DNA of 64,000 nt from IMG/VR virus record IMGVR_UViG_3300028829_004911, one strand, 5' to 3'. A program made the translations under genes and the position numbers. This document shows positions 62,654-64,000 of the stretch, piece by piece. The notes beneath the pieces were generated by a model. The model was not told the DNA's origin. It did no database searches and worked only from the letters and a program-made list of their open reading frames with translations. Source of the DNA: a virus. Positions within the stretch are counted from its first letter, which is position 1, and the number at the start of each line of letters is the position of its first letter.

Positions 62654-62971
62654 ACCTGACTTCATCGCGTTTTGACGACGTATTTCTGCCTGATAATTAC
62701 GTATTACACGTACTAATCCATCTTGACGATCCGCACAGGTTTCTAGTGCTCCGTGAAGCGCCAACGTCCATGCAGCGACAACACTTTGGGCTTCTGCACC
62801 AAGCGATTCAAGAGTTGCACGAGTAGGCGGTACGGGAATATTACAGGAAGCCATAAGCGTCTCCGGAACTTGTATATTTATATATACGGGTTCCACCACT
62901 GTCACTTCTTTAGGCACGGCGCACGCCGTTAAAAGGCACAAAACCGAAATACATGTTGCCAATTTATTCAT
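62636..62971 (-). CDS. Outer-membrane lipoprotein, o-spanin candidate
   Basis: Lipobox LLTA-C. Overlaps the i-spanin candidate by 8 nt. Confidence 0.7.
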   Translation of the reverse strand: MNKLATCISVLCLLTACAVPKEVTVVEPVYINIQVPETLMASCNIPVPPTRATLESLGAEAQSVVAAWTLALHGALETCADRQDGLVRVIRNYQAEIRRQNAMKSGKIKGP

Positions 62972-63341
62972 TGGAAAACTCTCTAATTGTATCTAAAGCA
63001 TCTAGTAGAACTGGGGCCACCGCACCGTTGTCTTCTGGATCCACTTGCAGAGCGCGCTGACGCGCAGATTCAATTTCTACAGATCGCTGTATTTCCGAAT
63101 TCAATATTTCCTCCGCTACAGCCGTTGCCTCATTCGCTAAGTTAAGCGACGTTACGAGGCCATCTATTCTTATCTGATTTTGCTGAATCACTGTTCGCTG
63201 CATACGTACTTGATTCTCTAGCTCATATTTCTCGGCAATGAATAGTGTCGCCATATACACTACGTACATCAATACAAGTGCGCCGCCTAGTACGAGCAAA
63301 CGTTTTGGATTGAACCAACTCAGTAAAGCTAAAATATTCAT
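62964..63341 (-). CDS. i-spanin candidate
   Basis: N-terminal TM helix, then a coiled-coil-like periplasmic region. Confidence 0.7.
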   Translation of the reverse strand: MNILALLSWFNPKRLLVLGGALVLMYVVYMATLFIAEKYELENQVRMQRTVIQQNQIRIDGLVTSLNLANEATAVAEEILNSEIQRSVEIESARQRALQVDPEDNGAVAPVLLDALDTIREFSNE

Positions 63342-63658
63342 TACCCTTTTGCCTCTTCTTGCTTCGGAGGTGCATACGGATCTTCCTGACTGTCTCGTCG
63401 GAACATGTTTCCAAACCCGCCGTTGTAGTCAATTGACGATCCGCCCACATAGGCAACAGTTGAGATTCCTGCGAGACCTAGCGCGGCTTCCACATACAGT
63501 GTAATTAGCGAAGCCTGCGTTGTCAATAGTCCTAAACCAGCCAAGGCTGTGAACACGGTGGCAGATATTAAGGCGTATCCTACAACAAGAAATATGAAAT
63601 AGGATCGTCTAGATCGGCTTACGGGTTCGGAGAGGACTTTATTAGTATCTTTAGACAT
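63341..63658 (-). CDS. Holin-like membrane protein
   Basis: Two to three hydrophobic helices, charged C-terminus, directly upstream of the spanin pair. Confidence 0.6.
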   Translation of the reverse strand: MSKDTNKVLSEPVSRSRRSYFIFLVVGYALISATVFTALAGLGLLTTQASLITLYVEAALGLAGISTVAYVGGSSIDYNGGFGNMFRRDSQEDPYAPPKQEEAKG

Positions 63659-63669
63659 TATTTATCTCC

Positions 63670-64000
63670 TCATGTGTCCGGTTCATGGGGATCTTCCCCA
63701 TCGGTTTCATCTTGGGACTGAACCGAGTATATACTACCATTGCAGCGTGTGCCTGGGCGAGGGTTTTTTGGAAAAGACTCCACTGCAGCGTTAAAACGAT
63801 TAGCAGCACCTTCAACCAGCGCGCTTATTACGGGGATATCCATTGTATCCACCTTGTATTCTTCGTTGGAATCGTCAATCTCAGGATCAGTAGTCTCTTC
63901 TAGATTTAAAATTCCTTGATTGATTATACTCGCGGCATTAATTCCATCTTTAACACGTCTAGTATTTTCTGTATACGAATGCTGTGCAGTGTACGTATCA
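63670..64000 (-). CDS. C-terminal part of a protein whose start lies beyond the window
   Basis: The minus-strand frame of track ORF 63670..63852 stays open to base 64000. Confidence 0.6.
   Translation of the reverse strand, partial: DTYTAQHSYTENTRRVKDGINAASIINQGILNLEETTDPEIDDSNEEYKVDTMDIPVISALVEGAANRFNAAVESFPKNPRPGTRCNGSIYSVQSQDETDGEDPHEPDT

Noticed and set aside
1-64000. Assigning the phage to the N4-like group because of rIIA/rIIB, the replication block and opposite-strand late genes
   Set aside because: I found no T7-like RNA polymerase subunit genes or hairpin-type early promoters in the window. Early promoters look sigma70-like, so no taxonomic call is made.

Overview
The window reads as the early/middle arm of a tailed dsDNA phage. 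About 110 tightly packed plus-strand genes, many start/stop-coupled through ATGA or TAATG overlaps, run to ~62.6 kb. There a convergent strand switch leads into a minus-strand lysis cassette (holin-like, i-spanin, o-spanin). Modules I recognise from motifs: rIIA/rIIB; a CCA-adding enzyme; a split Pnkp (separate kinase and phosphatase genes) with Rnl1-like and Rnl2-like RNA ligases; an NAD salvage pair (NMNAT-Nudix plus NAMPT); an HslV-like peptidase; and a SleB-type wall hydrolase. The replication set is a large primase-like protein, an SNF2 helicase, a family A DNA polymerase, a DEDD exonuclease, a Cas4-like nuclease and a Dda/RecD-like helicase. The nucleotide metabolism set is MazG, dNMP kinase, ThyX, class II RNR, dUTPase, a YfbR-like HD hydrolase and a SpoT-like HD hydrolase. 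There is also a short tyrosine recombinase. Two observations stand out. (1) At 21253-21328 a complete tRNA is encoded in circularly permuted order, with its acceptor stem capped by a CUUG tetraloop and its ends in the anticodon loop. It sits in a duplicated leader upstream of a 715-aa protein with a TerD-like C-terminus. (2) A clear PvuII-family restriction endonuclease (47476-48018) has no methyltransferase in the window, and my manual read of all 64 kb found no CAGCTG site. Other points: a 25-bp tandem array and a GTGTATT motif field at the left edge; a recurrent CGAATCA box at early promoters; a thioredoxin with a WAGPC (non-redox) motif next to a stand-alone GlyRS-like catalytic core; and four frame breaks at homopolymer runs. 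All calls rest on reading the sequence and remembered family motifs, with no searches run. Start codons, promoter and terminator calls and functional labels are hypotheses of varying strength.
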